DNA of 64,000 nucleotides from an uncultured Prevotellaceae bacterium (GTDB lineage: Bacteria > Bacteroidota > Bacteroidia > Bacteroidales > Bacteroidaceae): positions 3,215 through 67,214 of the forward strand of contig CACWMK010000010.1 of the NCBI GenBank assembly GCA_902761905.1, read 5' to 3'. The notes below the pieces were generated by a model that searched no databases, had not been told where the DNA came from, and was given only the letters and a program-made list of their open reading frames with translations. Numbering within the stretch: the stretch's first letter is position 1; every line of letters starts with the position of its first letter. Positions 5,119 to 15,470 of the stretch are shown here, one piece after another. The position numbers and the translations under genes were made by a program.

Positions 5119-6015
5119 TCAATCGCGGTAGGCCTTTTCGCCGATGGTCTCTTGCGAGCCGATAGTCATCTGGCGAAGGTCGTAGAACGAGCCGTTGTAG
5201 ATGTTGAAGTCTACATTGCCCTTGATGCCTGGCAGACGGCCCACGTCGGTGTGTTGCCAAAACTTCCACGGCCCCTGATACTCGAGCGAGTCTACGTAGT
5301 AGTGGGCTATCCAGTAAGGATACTCGTCGAACACGGGATCGGACAGATAGCGAGTCTTAAATTTAAAATAGGTATATATAATAGGCTTGACACGGTAGTG
5401 ACTCTCTACGATGTTAAGCCACTTGAGCACTGAGTGCTTGAAGTCCTCGTCGGACTGATTCTTGGGTTTGTGTTCCACATCGAGCACGGGTGGCAGGTCG
5501 CCGTTCTTCAGGTCGACTGTCTTGATGAAGTGGTATGCCTGCTGCTCGGCCGGGCTGTGAACACTGTAGAAGTGATAGGCTCCACGGGTAAACCCATTCT
5601 CGCGAGCCTGATAGAAGTTGTCGCGGAAGTTGCGGTCGGTCTGGGTGGCTCCCTCGGTGGCCTTTATCATCACAAAGCGTATGGGGCAGTGATTGATAAG
5701 TCCGTTGTCCTTGAGTTCGTCCCAGTCGATACGGCCCTGATGGTGCGAGATGTCGATGCCATGAATCTCGTAGCCTTCGGGATAGCTCACGTCGCCATAG
5801 AGCGCACGCCAGCGGAATCCGAACGGACCGACAAAGAAGTAATAGAAAAAATAGAGATAGACAGCGACTACGGCCGCTCCGCCTACCCAGTATGCCCAAC
5901 CGGGCATGTGGCGCAGAATACGGACAAAGAATCCGGGCTTACGACGGCCACGGGGGCCATGGTAAGTGTGGGTAGTTCCTACCCCTTTTCTACGGATTAC
6001 GCGTCGCTTGTTCAA
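5119..6015 (-). CDS. GH25 muramidase with a basic N-terminus and a membrane anchor
   Basis: GIDISHHQG, IKATEG, GAYHF, PPVLDVE, WIAHY and WQHT motifs; TM at about aa 42-62; TTG start uncertain. Confidence 0.88.
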   Translation of the reverse strand: MNKRRVIRRKGVGTTHTYHGPRGRRKPGFFVRILRHMPGWAYWVGGAAVVAVYLYFFYYFFVGPFGFRWRALYGDVSYPEGYEIHGIDISHHQGRIDWDELKDNGLINHCPIRFVMIKATEGATQTDRNFRDNFYQARENGFTRGAYHFYSVHSPAEQQAYHFIKTVDLKNGDLPPVLDVEHKPKNQSDEDFKHSVLKWLNIVESHYRVKPIIYTYFKFKTRYLSDPVFDEYPYWIAHYYVDSLEYQGPWKFWQHTDVGRLPGIKGNVDFNIYNGSFYDLRQMTIGSQETIGEKAYRD

Positions 6016-6028
6016 TTTCTTTTTAAAG

Positions 6029-6065
6029 AAGAGAGAGTTCCGCTGCTAGAGCGAAGCTCTCTCTT
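6029..6065 (-). terminator. Stem-loop after pfp
   Basis: AAGAGAGAG...CTCTCTCTT arms around an inner CGCT/AGCG stem. Confidence 0.55.
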
Positions 6066-6090
6066 AATTCTAAATTCTTAATTCTAAATT
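6063..6090. repeat. Heptamer tandem repeat x4
   Basis: CTTAATT CTAAATT CTTAATT CTAAATT. Confidence 0.8.
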
Positions 6091-6092
6091 AA

Positions 6093-7730
6093 TCACTTGG
6101 CCTGCTCGAGAGCAAGTGTGCGGGTTGGCTGGTCGCAAACCTCTGTTGGTCCCCAGTACTGGATTGGACCAGGATATACGTAAGCGGTCTCACGAGCCCA
6201 GCGATCACGCTGTGCAGCAAATGCCTTGAATGGAGCACCGTCGAGCTCAACCAGAGCCTTGCGGATAACTGGCTTCATCTCGCCGTTACGCTTCTCCATG
6301 TTCATCATCATGGTGATGGGCACACCACCGGCGATCCACTGCTCGGCAGGAGCTGTAGTGTTCTTAACGATAGCCATATAGCCAGTCTTGCCGTTAGCAA
6401 TCAGCTGGGCAGCGCTGGTACCGAGAGCGTAGCAATAGTCGGCATCGAAGTTAGAAGGAGCAGCGCAGCGTCCCTCGTAACCGAAGAAGTGGTGCAGAGC
6501 TGAGAACTTGCCAGCGTACTTGCCTTCCTTCTTCATCTTCTCGAGCTTCTGGGCTACCATAGTGCTGAGCAGCTTCTCGGTCTCGATGAGTGATACCTGT
6601 ACGTTTCCGTGTGGGTCGCGGTCGAGAGCCAGCTGGCGGGCAACACCAGTAGGCAGGCTGTTGAATACAGCCAGGTTGGCATCGGTGAGGTGAGCCTTAA
6701 CGAAGTCGATTGACTCGTGACGATCGAGGTTCTTAGCCTCTGGCATAGCCAGTACGTCGTTGAGCTGAGCGATGAGCTTCTTGATGGCTGGGATGAACTC
6801 GATAACACCCTCAGGGATGATAACGGTACCGAAGTTGTTGCCATCGGCTGCACGCTGGCAAACAGCGTTAGCGATGTAGTCGACGATATCGTCGAGGCTC
6901 ATACCCTTCTGCTCGATCTCCTCAGACACGAGGCAGATGTTAGGCTGAGTCTGCAGAGCGCACTCAAGAGCGATGTGAGAAGCTGAGCGACCCATCACCT
7001 TGATGAAGTGCCAGTACTTGCGGGCTGAGTTACAGTCGCGCTCAATGTTACCGATAAGCTCTGAGTATGTCTTACAAGCAGTGTCGAAACCGAATGAAGT
7101 CTCGATCTGAGCGTTCTTCAGGTCGCCGTCGATAGTCTTAGGACAGCCGATTACCTGTACGCCATAGTTCTTGGCAGCGTAGTACTCGGCCAGAACACAA
7201 GCGTTGGTGTTAGAGTCGTCGCCACCGATGATAACGATAGCCTTGATGTCGAGCTCGCGGATAATCTCGAGACCCTTCTCGAACTGGTCAACCTTCTCGA
7301 GCTTGGTACGACCAGAACCGATCATATCGAAACCACCAGTGTTGCGATACTCGTCGATGATATCGGCTGTGAGCTCCATATAGTTGTGGTCTACCAGACC
7401 GCCAGGACCCAGGATGAAACCGAACAGACGGTTCTCGGGGTTGAGCTTCTTGATCTGGTCGAACAGACCTGTGATAACATTGTGACCGCCAGGAGCCTGA
7501 CCTCCAGAGAGGATGATACCTACGTTCATCTTAGTATTGTTAGCCTCGGTGGCTGGCTCAAACTCTACGATAGGCATACCGTAGGTGTTAGGGAAGAGCT
7601 TCTGGATCTCCTCCTGGTCGCCAACACTCTGAGTGGCTGCACCCTCCTTGATTTTTACTGCACCCTGAAGCGCCTTAGGCAACTTAGGCTGATAAGCGGC
7701 TCTCGCCAACTGCAATGCACTTTTTTCCAT
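6093..7730 (-). CDS. pfp: Pyrophosphate-dependent phosphofructokinase
   Basis: Start trimmed to [32 protein letters not shown] and MGRSASH motifs. Confidence 0.95.
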   Translation of the reverse strand: MEKSALQLARAAYQPKLPKALQGAVKIKEGAATQSVGDQEEIQKLFPNTYGMPIVEFEPATEANNTKMNVGIILSGGQAPGGHNVITGLFDQIKKLNPENRLFGFILGPGGLVDHNYMELTADIIDEYRNTGGFDMIGSGRTKLEKVDQFEKGLEIIRELDIKAIVIIGGDDSNTNACVLAEYYAAKNYGVQVIGCPKTIDGDLKNAQIETSFGFDTACKTYSELIGNIERDCNSARKYWHFIKVMGRSASHIALECALQTQPNICLVSEEIEQKGMSLDDIVDYIANAVCQRAADGNNFGTVIIPEGVIEFIPAIKKLIAQLNDVLAMPEAKNLDRHESIDFVKAHLTDANLAVFNSLPTGVARQLALDRDPHGNVQVSLIETEKLLSTMVAQKLEKMKKEGKYAGKFSALHHFFGYEGRCAAPSNFDADYCYALGTSAAQLIANGKTGYMAIVKNTTAPAEQWIAGGVPITMMMNMEKRNGEMKPVIRKALVELDGAPFKAFAAQRDRWARETAYVYPGPIQYWGPTEVCDQPTRTLALEQAK

Positions 7731-7775
7731 ATACCTTTTTAATATTAAAAATAGAACTAAATGTTTTCTGAGGCG

Positions 7776-7783
7776 CAAAATTA
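7776..7783 (-). promoter_or_regulatory. -7 element for pfp
   Basis: TAATTTTG(CG). Confidence 0.6.
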
Positions 7784-7878
7784 GTCAATTTTTGTAAGAA
7801 ATACGAAAGAAATCACGCGATTTTCGACATTTTAATATTTTTTTTGGATGAAACACTTGTTATATCAGATTTTTTTTC

Positions 7879-7886
7879 TAACTTTG
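7879..7886 (+). promoter_or_regulatory. -7 element for the rightward operon
   Basis: TAACTTTG(CT). Confidence 0.55.
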
Positions 7887-7934
7887 CTTACTGAATATAA
7901 CAAAACGCCCTAAAAGGAAGGGATAATAAAGATT

Positions 7935-8201
7935 ATGATGAACAAAAGAACACTGAAGAAGTCAATTAACACAATTTGTGACCAGCTTTTCGCTAATGCA
8001 GTAGCATTATCATTGTATGGAAGTAACAGAAACCAGGAAAACGACGAGGCTCTGATAGAGTCGATCCTCAAGATGCGTGAGGACTACGTGAGCCGCATTT
8101 CACACCCCGAGCCAGGCATGAAGAAGCAGGAATTCTATAAGGATCTGCGCGAGAAGTTTATTTCGCGTGCACAGGAACTTGCTGATCAACTTAACGCTTA
8201 A
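7935..8201 (+). CDS. Small conserved hypothetical protein
   Basis: 88-aa ORF with an A-rich leader, coupled to the next gene (TAATG). Confidence 0.8.
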   Translation: MMNKRTLKKSINTICDQLFANAVALSLYGSNRNQENDEALIESILKMREDYVSRISHPEPGMKKQEFYKDLREKFISRAQELADQLNA

Positions 8202-8764
8202 TGCCGATGCCGGGAAAGTTTTGCAGTTGGCTGCTATATAAACGACTGGGGTGGACCAAAGACGTAACACAGCCCCACCCCGACAAGTTTATCATCTGTC
8301 TTGCCCCGCATACCAGTAACTGGGACTTTGCGCTGGGACAGCTGTACAGCCGCGCCGAGGGAATGAAGATTAACTTCCTGATGAAGAAGGAGTGGTTCTT
8401 CTGGCCCCTCGGCCCCATCTTTAAGAGCATGGGAGGCATACCGGTGTTTCGCCAGAAGAGAACAAGCATGACAGATGCAATGGCCGAAACGGCTAAGAGT
8501 GTAGACAACTTTAAACTCTGCATCACCCCCGAGGGTACCCGTAAACGTGTGGAGGAGTGGAAAAAAGGATTCTACTTCATCGCACTCAAGGCGGGTATAC
8601 CTATCTTATTATATGGAGTAGACTACGAGCGAAAGCTGATACAGTGCACACGAACCATCATACCAAGTGGCGACCTTGAGGCCGACATGAGGGAGATAAA
8701 ACTGTATTTCAAGAACTTCAAGGGCCGAAAACCCGAGAACTTCACGATAGGAGACGTAGAATAA
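8201..8764 (+). CDS. 1-acyl-sn-glycerol-3-phosphate acyltransferase (PlsC family)
   Basis: PHTSNWD (HX4D) and PEGTR motifs. Confidence 0.9.
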   Translation: MPMPGKFCSWLLYKRLGWTKDVTQPHPDKFIICLAPHTSNWDFALGQLYSRAEGMKINFLMKKEWFFWPLGPIFKSMGGIPVFRQKRTSMTDAMAETAKSVDNFKLCITPEGTRKRVEEWKKGFYFIALKAGIPILLYGVDYERKLIQCTRTIIPSGDLEADMREIKLYFKNFKGRKPENFTIGDVE

Positions 8765-11706
8765 TGAAACGCAACGTGATAATACCCCTGGCCCTGTGCG
8801 CCCTACTTGCTGCAACGCCTATCGACGCAGCGCGGAAGGTAAAGGTAAAAACACCGCCAGACCCCTATAAAGTTCTAAAGGAAAAGATAGACAGATACTT
8901 CGTCAACTACAAATCGGACGAGCAGCGCACCGGCGCTATTTACCACTTGAGCAGTCTGGTGGTAAACGACTCGTTGCAGACGGTAGACATCAGCGCCAGC
9001 ACCCGGCTGAGCGAACTGCTGTTTGATGATGATATGGCCGAGACCATATACCAGGAGATAGGCGAGCTGCTGCCCGACTCGATACAGACGTACGACCTGA
9101 CTATCAAGACCAACGGCTGGGACCTGCGACAGCTGGTGCCCAACCGACTGCGCGAGCATAAGGACAAGGCACGCACTTGGGGCAACACGGATTATCACGG
9201 ACGTCCATGGGTGAGCAATGCATCGCGACCCTTCGAGATATCAGAGGGACTGCAGAACCGCCATATAGCCCTATGGGCTAGTCATGGGCGATACTTCAAC
9301 GTGAAGGACAGCACGTGGAAGTGGCAACGACCACCGCTGTTCGGCACTCGCGAAGACCTGTTTACACCCACTATCGTTACCCCCTACCTCATCCCCATGC
9401 TGCAAAACGCTGGGGCTGTGGTTTTTACCCCGCGCGAGCGCGACTGGCAGCGCAATGAGTTCGTAGTGGACAACGATACGCCTGAGACAGGATACAGCGA
9501 GACCAACGGACACAACCCATGGGAGAAGACAGGCGCCATCGGATTTGCCTGGCACCCAGGTACTTACGGGGACTACGAGAACCCGTTTAACGAGGGTACG
9601 GCCCGCATGGCTGCTACCACCAACAAACTGAGCAGTCAGAGCGAGATAGTATGGATGCCAGCCATCACCGAGAGTGGTAACTATGCCGTGTACGTGAGCT
9701 ATCAGACCACCGACAAGAGCATAGACGATGCGCACTACACGGTGTGGCATCAGGGCATGCCCACAGAAATTCGTGTGAACCAGCAGATGGGCGAAAAGAC
9801 TTGGGTATACCTGGGCAACTTCTACTTTGACGAGGGGCAGAGCCGCCGCAACTGTGTGACACTGTCGAACCTGAGCCGCCATCACCACGGTGTGGTAACT
9901 GCCGACGCAGTACGTTTCGGCGGTGGCATGGGCAACATAGATCGCGGTCGCGGCATAAGCGGACTGCCACGATGTCTGGAGGCAGCACGCTACTACGCCC
10001 AGTGGGCCGGAATGCCCTACGAGGTGTATAGCACCAAGGACGGCGAGGACGACTACGGCGACGACATCAACGTGCGCAGCTACATGGTGAACCATCTGGC
10101 CGGAGGCTCGGTATTCGTGCCCGACACCACCGGTCTGAACGTGCCCATCGAGCTGTCGCTGGCCATACACTCGGATGCAGGATATACCAAGGACGGCAAG
10201 AGTCATACCGGCACACTGACAGTGTGTACCACCACCATGAACGACTCGATACTTAATTCGGGGATGACCCGACTGGTATCGCGCGATCTGGCCGACGAGC
10301 TGCTCTACTCTATCCCATCCGACATCACTCGCAAATATGGCAACTGGCCCATGCGCGAACTCTACGACCGCAACTACTCGGAGACACGATGCCCGATGGT
10401 GCCAAGTGCTATACTCGAGACGATGTCGCACCAGAACTTTGCCGATATGCGTATGGGGCAGGATCCTAACTTCCGTTTCGACCTGGCTCGCAGCATCTAT
10501 AAGGTGGTGCTGCGCTACATCTGCGACATGCACCACAAGAAGTATGTGGTACAGCCGTTGGCGCCATGCCGCCTGAGTGCAGAACTTACCGGCAAAGGCG
10601 AAGCCAAGATAAGCTGGCGCGCAGTGTACGACCAATACGAACCCACCGCCAAGCCTACCGGCTACGTGCTTTACACAGCCACAGGCCGTAGCGGATTCGA
10701 CAACGGTACATACATTAAAGGCGGCACCGAGACGTCGATAACCATACCCGTGGAGAGCGACAAGGTGTACTCATTCCGTGTGACTGCCGTAAACGAGGGT
10801 GGCGAGAGTTTCCCAAGCGAGGTGGTTTCGGTGTTCGATGTGCCCGAGGCTCAGAAGACGGTGCTGGTGGTCAACGGATTCCATCGTCTGGCATCGCCAA
10901 AGGTGATCGACAACTCTATCAATCAGGGATTCGACATCGAGGAAGATGCTGGCGTGACCTACGGTCGCACAGCTGGATGGCTGGGATATCAGACCGGTTG
11001 GAGCAAGAGCAAGATGGGCAGTGAACGCCGCGACGGACTGGGATATACCAACGACTCGCTGATGGGACAGTTTGTGGCCGGCAACGACTTCGACTACATC
11101 CGCACCCACACGCAGGCCATCGCCACTGCACGCAAGTATCGTGTGGTGAGTTGTTCGAGCGAGGCACTGGAGTACAACGATGTGCATCCGCAGGACTATG
11201 AGATGATGGACCTGATACTGGGACTAAACCGCAAGGACGGCTACTCGCTGGTGCCCTATCAGGTGATGACACCGATAATGCGCGAGCACCTGCGCCTGAT
11301 GGCCAAGAAGGGCGGTGCGCTGCTGGTTAGCGGTGCATATCTGGGCAGCGACATGCAGGAGCCTGCCGAGCGACGCTATCTGGCCGACGTGCTGAAGATT
11401 AACTACGAGGGACGCGACCGGGACAGTCTGCAGCGCGACTCTATCCGCGGACTGGGCATGGAGTTCACATTCCATCGCCATCTGAACGAGCGACACTATG
11501 CGGCTCATCATCCGGAGATACTGGAGCCTGTGTACCCCGCATTCTCGGCCATGAAATATGCCGATGACTATAGCGCCTGCGTGGCCTATGGCGGCAATGA
11601 CTATAAGGCTATCACAATAGGATTCCCCCTAGAGTGCATCAAGGACGAACCCAAGCGCAACTCAATCATGCGCGGCCTGCTGCAATTCTTATTACAATCG
11701 CAATAA
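8764..11706 (+). CDS. Secreted multidomain protein: Amidase_3-like domain, golvesin-like insert and FN3 (family often labelled 'xanthan lyase')
   Basis: Signal peptide; SHG, RED, HSDA and ILE.MSH amidase-like motifs; ADAVRFGGG golvesin-type motif; YSFRVTAVNEGGES FN3 end. Confidence 0.75.
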   Translation: MKRNVIIPLALCALLAATPIDAARKVKVKTPPDPYKVLKEKIDRYFVNYKSDEQRTGAIYHLSSLVVNDSLQTVDISASTRLSELLFDDDMAETIYQEIGELLPDSIQTYDLTIKTNGWDLRQLVPNRLREHKDKARTWGNTDYHGRPWVSNASRPFEISEGLQNRHIALWASHGRYFNVKDSTWKWQRPPLFGTREDLFTPTIVTPYLIPMLQNAGAVVFTPRERDWQRNEFVVDNDTPETGYSETNGHNPWEKTGAIGFAWHPGTYGDYENPFNEGTARMAATTNKLSSQSEIVWMPAITESGNYAVYVSYQTTDKSIDDAHYTVWHQGMPTEIRVNQQMGEKTWVYLGNFYFDEGQSRRNCVTLSNLSRHHHGVVTADAVRFGGGMGNIDRGRGISGLPRCLEAARYYAQWAGMPYEVYSTKDGEDDYGDDINVRSYMVNHLAGGSVFVPDTTGLNVPIELSLAIHSDAGYTKDGKSHTGTLTVCTTTMNDSILNSGMTRLVSRDLADELLYSIPSDITRKYGNWPMRELYDRNYSETRCPMVPSAILETMSHQNFADMRMGQDPNFRFDLARSIYKVVLRYICDMHHKKYVVQPLAPCRLSAELTGKGEAKISWRAVYDQYEPTAKPTGYVLYTATGRSGFDNGTYIKGGTETSITIPVESDKVYSFRVTAVNEGGESFPSEVVSVFDVPEAQKTVLVVNGFHRLASPKVIDNSINQGFDIEEDAGVTYGRTAGWLGYQTGWSKSKMGSERRDGLGYTNDSLMGQFVAGNDFDYIRTHTQAIATARKYRVVSCSSEALEYNDVHPQDYEMMDLILGLNRKDGYSLVPYQVMTPIMREHLRLMAKKGGALLVSGAYLGSDMQEPAERRYLADVLKINYEGRDRDSLQRDSIRGLGMEFTFHRHLNERHYAAHHPEILEPVYPAFSAMKYADDYSACVAYGGNDYKAITIGFPLECIKDEPKRNSIMRGLLQFLLQSQ

Positions 11707-11732
11707 CAATAACACTAACAACATTAATAATT

Positions 11733-12077
11733 ATGAAAATTCAATCTAATTCATCCGGAACCCGTAGCATCGAGGTTAGCGAAGAGCACCTTATGACAAT
11801 CGAACACTACCAACTCTTTCGCGACCTGATCGACAGCAATGGCTATGTCGATGAGCAGGTGCTTGACAAACTGAAGTTAAACATTCGCAGCTTGCTGGAG
11901 GGCGACGCAGGTAAGGACAAACGCCTGCTTGACTTGTGCCTCGACGTGATTTATCACCAGAACATGAAGGCATTCGGACTGCAGCAGCTGGTATTATTGT
12001 ATATCAACTGGAAGGATAAAGCCAACGACGGTCTGGGCATGACCATCAGAGCCGTGCAGGGCACGCCGTTTAATTGA
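11733..12077 (+). CDS. Conserved hypothetical protein
   Basis: Start trimmed to MKIQSNSSGTRSIEV after an A-rich leader; 114 aa. Confidence 0.75.
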   Translation: MKIQSNSSGTRSIEVSEEHLMTIEHYQLFRDLIDSNGYVDEQVLDKLKLNIRSLLEGDAGKDKRLLDLCLDVIYHQNMKAFGLQQLVLLYINWKDKANDGLGMTIRAVQGTPFN

Positions 12078-12085
12078 TCCCTCAG

Positions 12086-12106
12086 AATTAAAAATTTAGA
12101 ATTGAG
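12086..12106. repeat. Heptamer repeat x3 that contains the ygiQ start codon
   Basis: AATTAAA AATTTAG AATTGAG; the TTG start at 12102 lies in the third unit. Confidence 0.6.
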
Positions 12107-14165
12107 AGAATATAGATTAACAGATTTTCTACCGACAACAAAGAAAGAGCTTGAACTCCGAGGATGGGACTACGTAGATGTAATCCTATTCTCGGGTGAT
12201 GCTTATGTAGATCACCCTTCGTTTGGTGCAGCAGTCATCGGCCGTACGCTCGAGGCTGCTGGTTTCCGTGTGGCAATAGTGCCCCAACCCGACTGGCATG
12301 GCGACTATCGCGACTTTAAGAAGTTGGGCCGTCCGCGCCTGTTCTTCGGTATTGCACCAGGCTGCATGGACTCGATGGTTAACAAGTACACTGCCGCACG
12401 CCGACTGCGCTCGGAGGATGCGTACAGTCCCGACGGACGTCACGATATGCGCCCAGAGTATCCCACCATAGTGTATGCCAAGATACTTAAGGAGCTGTAT
12501 CCCGATGTGCCCGTGGTATTGGGCGGTATAGAGGCATCGCTGCGCCGAGTGACTCACTACGACTACTGGAGCGACAGCCTGAAGAAGTGCCTGCTGTGCT
12601 ACTCGCCTGCCGACATGATAACATACGGCATGGGCGAGAAGACAACCATCGAACTGGCCCGCCGACTGGATTCAATTGAGAATTTAGATTTTCGAATTAA
12701 GAGTGATGACCCGTCTCTAAATCCTCAATTCTTAATTCGTAACTATCTCAGCGACCTGCCGCAGACGGTATATCTGGCCCGCAAGGAGGATATACCAGGA
12801 GGTATAACCGAACACGACATAGTGCTGCACTCGCACGAGGAGTGCATGAAGAACAAGCGCGCACAAGCCGAGAACTTCCGCAACGTTGAGGAGCAGTCGA
12901 ACATGATGCACGCACAAAGATTGCTGCAGGGAGTTGACGGGCGCTACGTGGTGATAAATCCACCCTACCCGCCTATGACTACCGAAGAGCTCGACGCATC
13001 GTTCGACCTGCCATACACTCGCCAGCCGCACCCCAAGTACAAAGGCAAGCGCATACCGGCTTACGACATGATTAAGTTCAGCGTAAACATCCATCGCGGA
13101 TGCTTTGGCGGTTGCGCATTCTGCACCATATCGGCCCATCAGGGCAAGTTCATCTCGTGCCGCTCTAAGGAGAGCATCATGCGCGAGGTGAAACAGGTGA
13201 TAGAGATGCCCGACTTCAAGGGTAATCTGAGCGATCTGGGCGGACCGTCGGCCAACATGTACGGCATGAGCGGTAAGAACAAGAATGCGTGCGAAAAGTG
13301 CCGCCGACCATCGTGCGTGCATCCGCAAATATGTCCGAACCTGAATACTGACCACTCAAAGCTGCTTGATATCTATCGTTCGGTAGATGCCCTGCCCGGC
13401 ATAAAGCACAGCTATATAGGCAGTGGTGTGCGCTACGACCTGCTGCTGCATCGCAGCAAGGACGAGGCCAGCAACAAGGCTGCAATGGACTACACACGCG
13501 AACTTATATGTCATCACGTGTCGGGCCGACTTAAGGTAGCGCCTGAGCATACCAGCGACCGAGTACTGTACCTGATGCGCAAGCCATCATTCTCGCAGTT
13601 CTACGACTTTAAACGTATCTTCGACCGCATAAACCGCGAGGAGGGACTGCGCCAGCAGATCATCCCCTACTTCATATCAAGTCACCCAGGATGTCAGGAG
13701 GAGGATATGGCCGAACTTGCAGTTATCACCAAGAATCTGGACTTCCATCTGGAGCAGGTGCAGGACTTTACGCCAACACCGATGACCAACGCCACCGAGA
13801 CGTGGTATACGGGCTACGATCCATACACGCTGGAGCCGATATTCAGCGCCAAGACACCTAAGGAGAAGCTGGCACAGCGACAGTACTTCTTCTGGTACAA
13901 GCCCGAGGAGCGCCGAGGCATAGAGCAGTCGCTGCGACGCATAGGTCGCCCCGACCTGATAGCAAAGCTATACAGCGGCATGCCACCATCGCAAGGAGGC
14001 TATCGTTCATCGGGAGCCCAGCGCTCATCAGGCGATTATCGCACATCAAGTGGAAACAAGCCAAAATCATATAACCCAAATTTTAAAAATGAAAATAATA
14101 GAGCAAAGCATCATAGCGAAAAGCCCCGCGAAGAAAAGCGAGGACGGGATCGTCGTCACAGATGA
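12102..14165 (+). CDS. ygiQ: YgiQ-family radical SAM protein
   Basis: GDAYVDHPSFG N-terminal motif; RGCFGGCAFC (CxxxCxxC); EQVQDFTPTP. Confidence 0.92.
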   Translation: MREYRLTDFLPTTKKELELRGWDYVDVILFSGDAYVDHPSFGAAVIGRTLEAAGFRVAIVPQPDWHGDYRDFKKLGRPRLFFGIAPGCMDSMVNKYTAARRLRSEDAYSPDGRHDMRPEYPTIVYAKILKELYPDVPVVLGGIEASLRRVTHYDYWSDSLKKCLLCYSPADMITYGMGEKTTIELARRLDSIENLDFRIKSDDPSLNPQFLIRNYLSDLPQTVYLARKEDIPGGITEHDIVLHSHEECMKNKRAQAENFRNVEEQSNMMHAQRLLQGVDGRYVVINPPYPPMTTEELDASFDLPYTRQPHPKYKGKRIPAYDMIKFSVNIHRGCFGGCAFCTISAHQGKFISCRSKESIMREVKQVIEMPDFKGNLSDLGGPSANMYGMSGKNKNACEKCRRPSCVHPQICPNLNTDHSKLLDIYRSVDALPGIKHSYIGSGVRYDLLLHRSKDEASNKAAMDYTRELICHHVSGRLKVAPEHTSDRVLYLMRKPSFSQFYDFKRIFDRINREEGLRQQIIPYFISSHPGCQEEDMAELAVITKNLDFHLEQVQDFTPTPMTNATETWYTGYDPYTLEPIFSAKTPKEKLAQRQYFFWYKPEERRGIEQSLRRIGRPDLIAKLYSGMPPSQGGYRSSGAQRSSGDYRTSSGNKPKSYNPNFKNENNRAKHHSEKPREEKRGRDRRHR
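12674..12744. repeat. Heptamer-based imperfect palindrome read in frame inside ygiQ
   Basis: Left AATTGAG AATTTAG ATTTTCG AATTAAG; 15-nt spacer; right CTAAATC CTCAATT CTTAATT CGTAACT. Confidence 0.75.
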
Positions 14166-14901
14166 TTTTATCGCAGTCATAGATGGCAGCACATCCAAGA
14201 CCAATCGTCGCCATTGCCCAGGCATAAGCAATGGACGATATGCTATGTTGCTGCTCAGCCATTATATCCGAAAGATGCCGGCCGACACGACGTGTCACCA
14301 GTTCTGCGTGGGTGCCACCAAGGCTATACGCCTGCACTACCTGTGGCGATTCCCCGTAAAGAGGATGAAGGAACACCCCGAAGAGCGCCTATGTGCATCG
14401 GTGATAATCTACAGCCGACTGCGCCGCGAGGTGTGGATGGTGGGCGACTGCCAGTGTCTTATCGGAGGTGAATATTTCGACAATCCTAAGCCATACGAAC
14501 AGGAACTGGCCGAAATGCGTGTGGCCAAGGTACGTGAACTGTTGGCACAGGGAGTACCGCAGAAGGACCTGCTGAAGCAGAAAGACCCTGCACGCGAGGT
14601 GATGATACCAAGCATGCTCGAGGTGATGCAGAACCAGAACGTGACGTATGCTGTGGTGGACGGTTTCCCCATCCCCGAAAGTAAGGTAAGGGTTCTTCCG
14701 CTGGATTTCCAGAAGTGGCAGATAGTGTTTGCCAGCGATGGTTATCCTAAGATAACCGACACACTGGAGGAGACCGAGCAGTTGCTGGACTATCAGCGAC
14801 AGACCGACCCGCTGAACATTGGCACGTTCAAGGCCACTAAGGCGTTTGTAGAAGGTAATAACTCGTTTGACGACCGCACATACATCCGATTCGAAGTATG
14901 A
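14089..14901 (+). CDS. PP2C/PPM-like phosphatase-fold protein
   Basis: Start trimmed to MKIIEQS. SEDG, AVIDGS, ASDGY and DDRT acidic metal-binding motifs. Confidence 0.6.
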   Translation: MKIIEQSIIAKSPAKKSEDGIVVTDDFIAVIDGSTSKTNRRHCPGISNGRYAMLLLSHYIRKMPADTTCHQFCVGATKAIRLHYLWRFPVKRMKEHPEERLCASVIIYSRLRREVWMVGDCQCLIGGEYFDNPKPYEQELAEMRVAKVRELLAQGVPQKDLLKQKDPAREVMIPSMLEVMQNQNVTYAVVDGFPIPESKVRVLPLDFQKWQIVFASDGYPKITDTLEETEQLLDYQRQTDPLNIGTFKATKAFVEGNNSFDDRTYIRFEV

Positions 14902-15470
14902 CACAACCCAAGGAGAAGATAATACTAGGTATCGACCCGGGAACCAATCTGATGGGTTACGGACTGCTGAAGGTGATTGACGGGAAAGCGCAGATGATGA
15001 CCATGGGTGTGATCGACCTGCGAAAATTTCCCGATGCATATCTCAAGCTGGGGCATATCTTTGAGCGTGTCACCGGCATCATCGACGGATTTCTGCCCGA
15101 CGAGATGGCCATCGAGGCTCCGTTCTTCGGCAAGAATGTGCAGTCGATGCTGAAACTGGGTCGTGCACAAGGCACTGCGATAGCTGCCGCTGTGCATCAC
15201 GGAGTGCCCATACACGAGTATGCGCCGATGAAAATCAAGATGGCGCTGACGGGTAATGGTAACGCATCGAAAGAGCAAGTGGCAGGCATGCTGCAGCGAC
15301 TGCTGAAGATACCAAACGAGGAGATGGGCAAGTATATGGACGCCACCGATGCACTGGCAGCTGCCTACTGTCATTACCTGCAGATGGGACGCCCAGAGAG
15401 CGATGTGAAATATCGCGGATGGAAAGATTTCATAAATAAGAATCAAGATAAAGTTTCGAAGAGAAAATGA
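14898..15470 (+). CDS. ruvC: Holliday junction resolvase RuvC
   Basis: ILGIDPG, AIEAPF, KLGRAQG and DATDALA motifs. Confidence 0.95.
   Translation: MTQPKEKIILGIDPGTNLMGYGLLKVIDGKAQMMTMGVIDLRKFPDAYLKLGHIFERVTGIIDGFLPDEMAIEAPFFGKNVQSMLKLGRAQGTAIAAAVHHGVPIHEYAPMKIKMALTGNGNASKEQVAGMLQRLLKIPNEEMGKYMDATDALAAAYCHYLQMGRPESDVKYRGWKDFINKNQDKVSKRK

Noticed and set aside
5119-6015. GH25 genes (also 45708-46604) as prophage endolysins
   Set aside because: Each has a membrane anchor or signal peptide and housekeeping neighbours, with no holin or phage genes. They look like host cell-wall enzymes.
9271-10635. Long antisense ORFs (454 aa here; also 15443-16333, 17354-18754, 30162-31151 and many shorter ones)
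   Set aside because: They lie wholly opposite well-supported genes, have no recognisable motifs, and are the expected shadows of codon bias.
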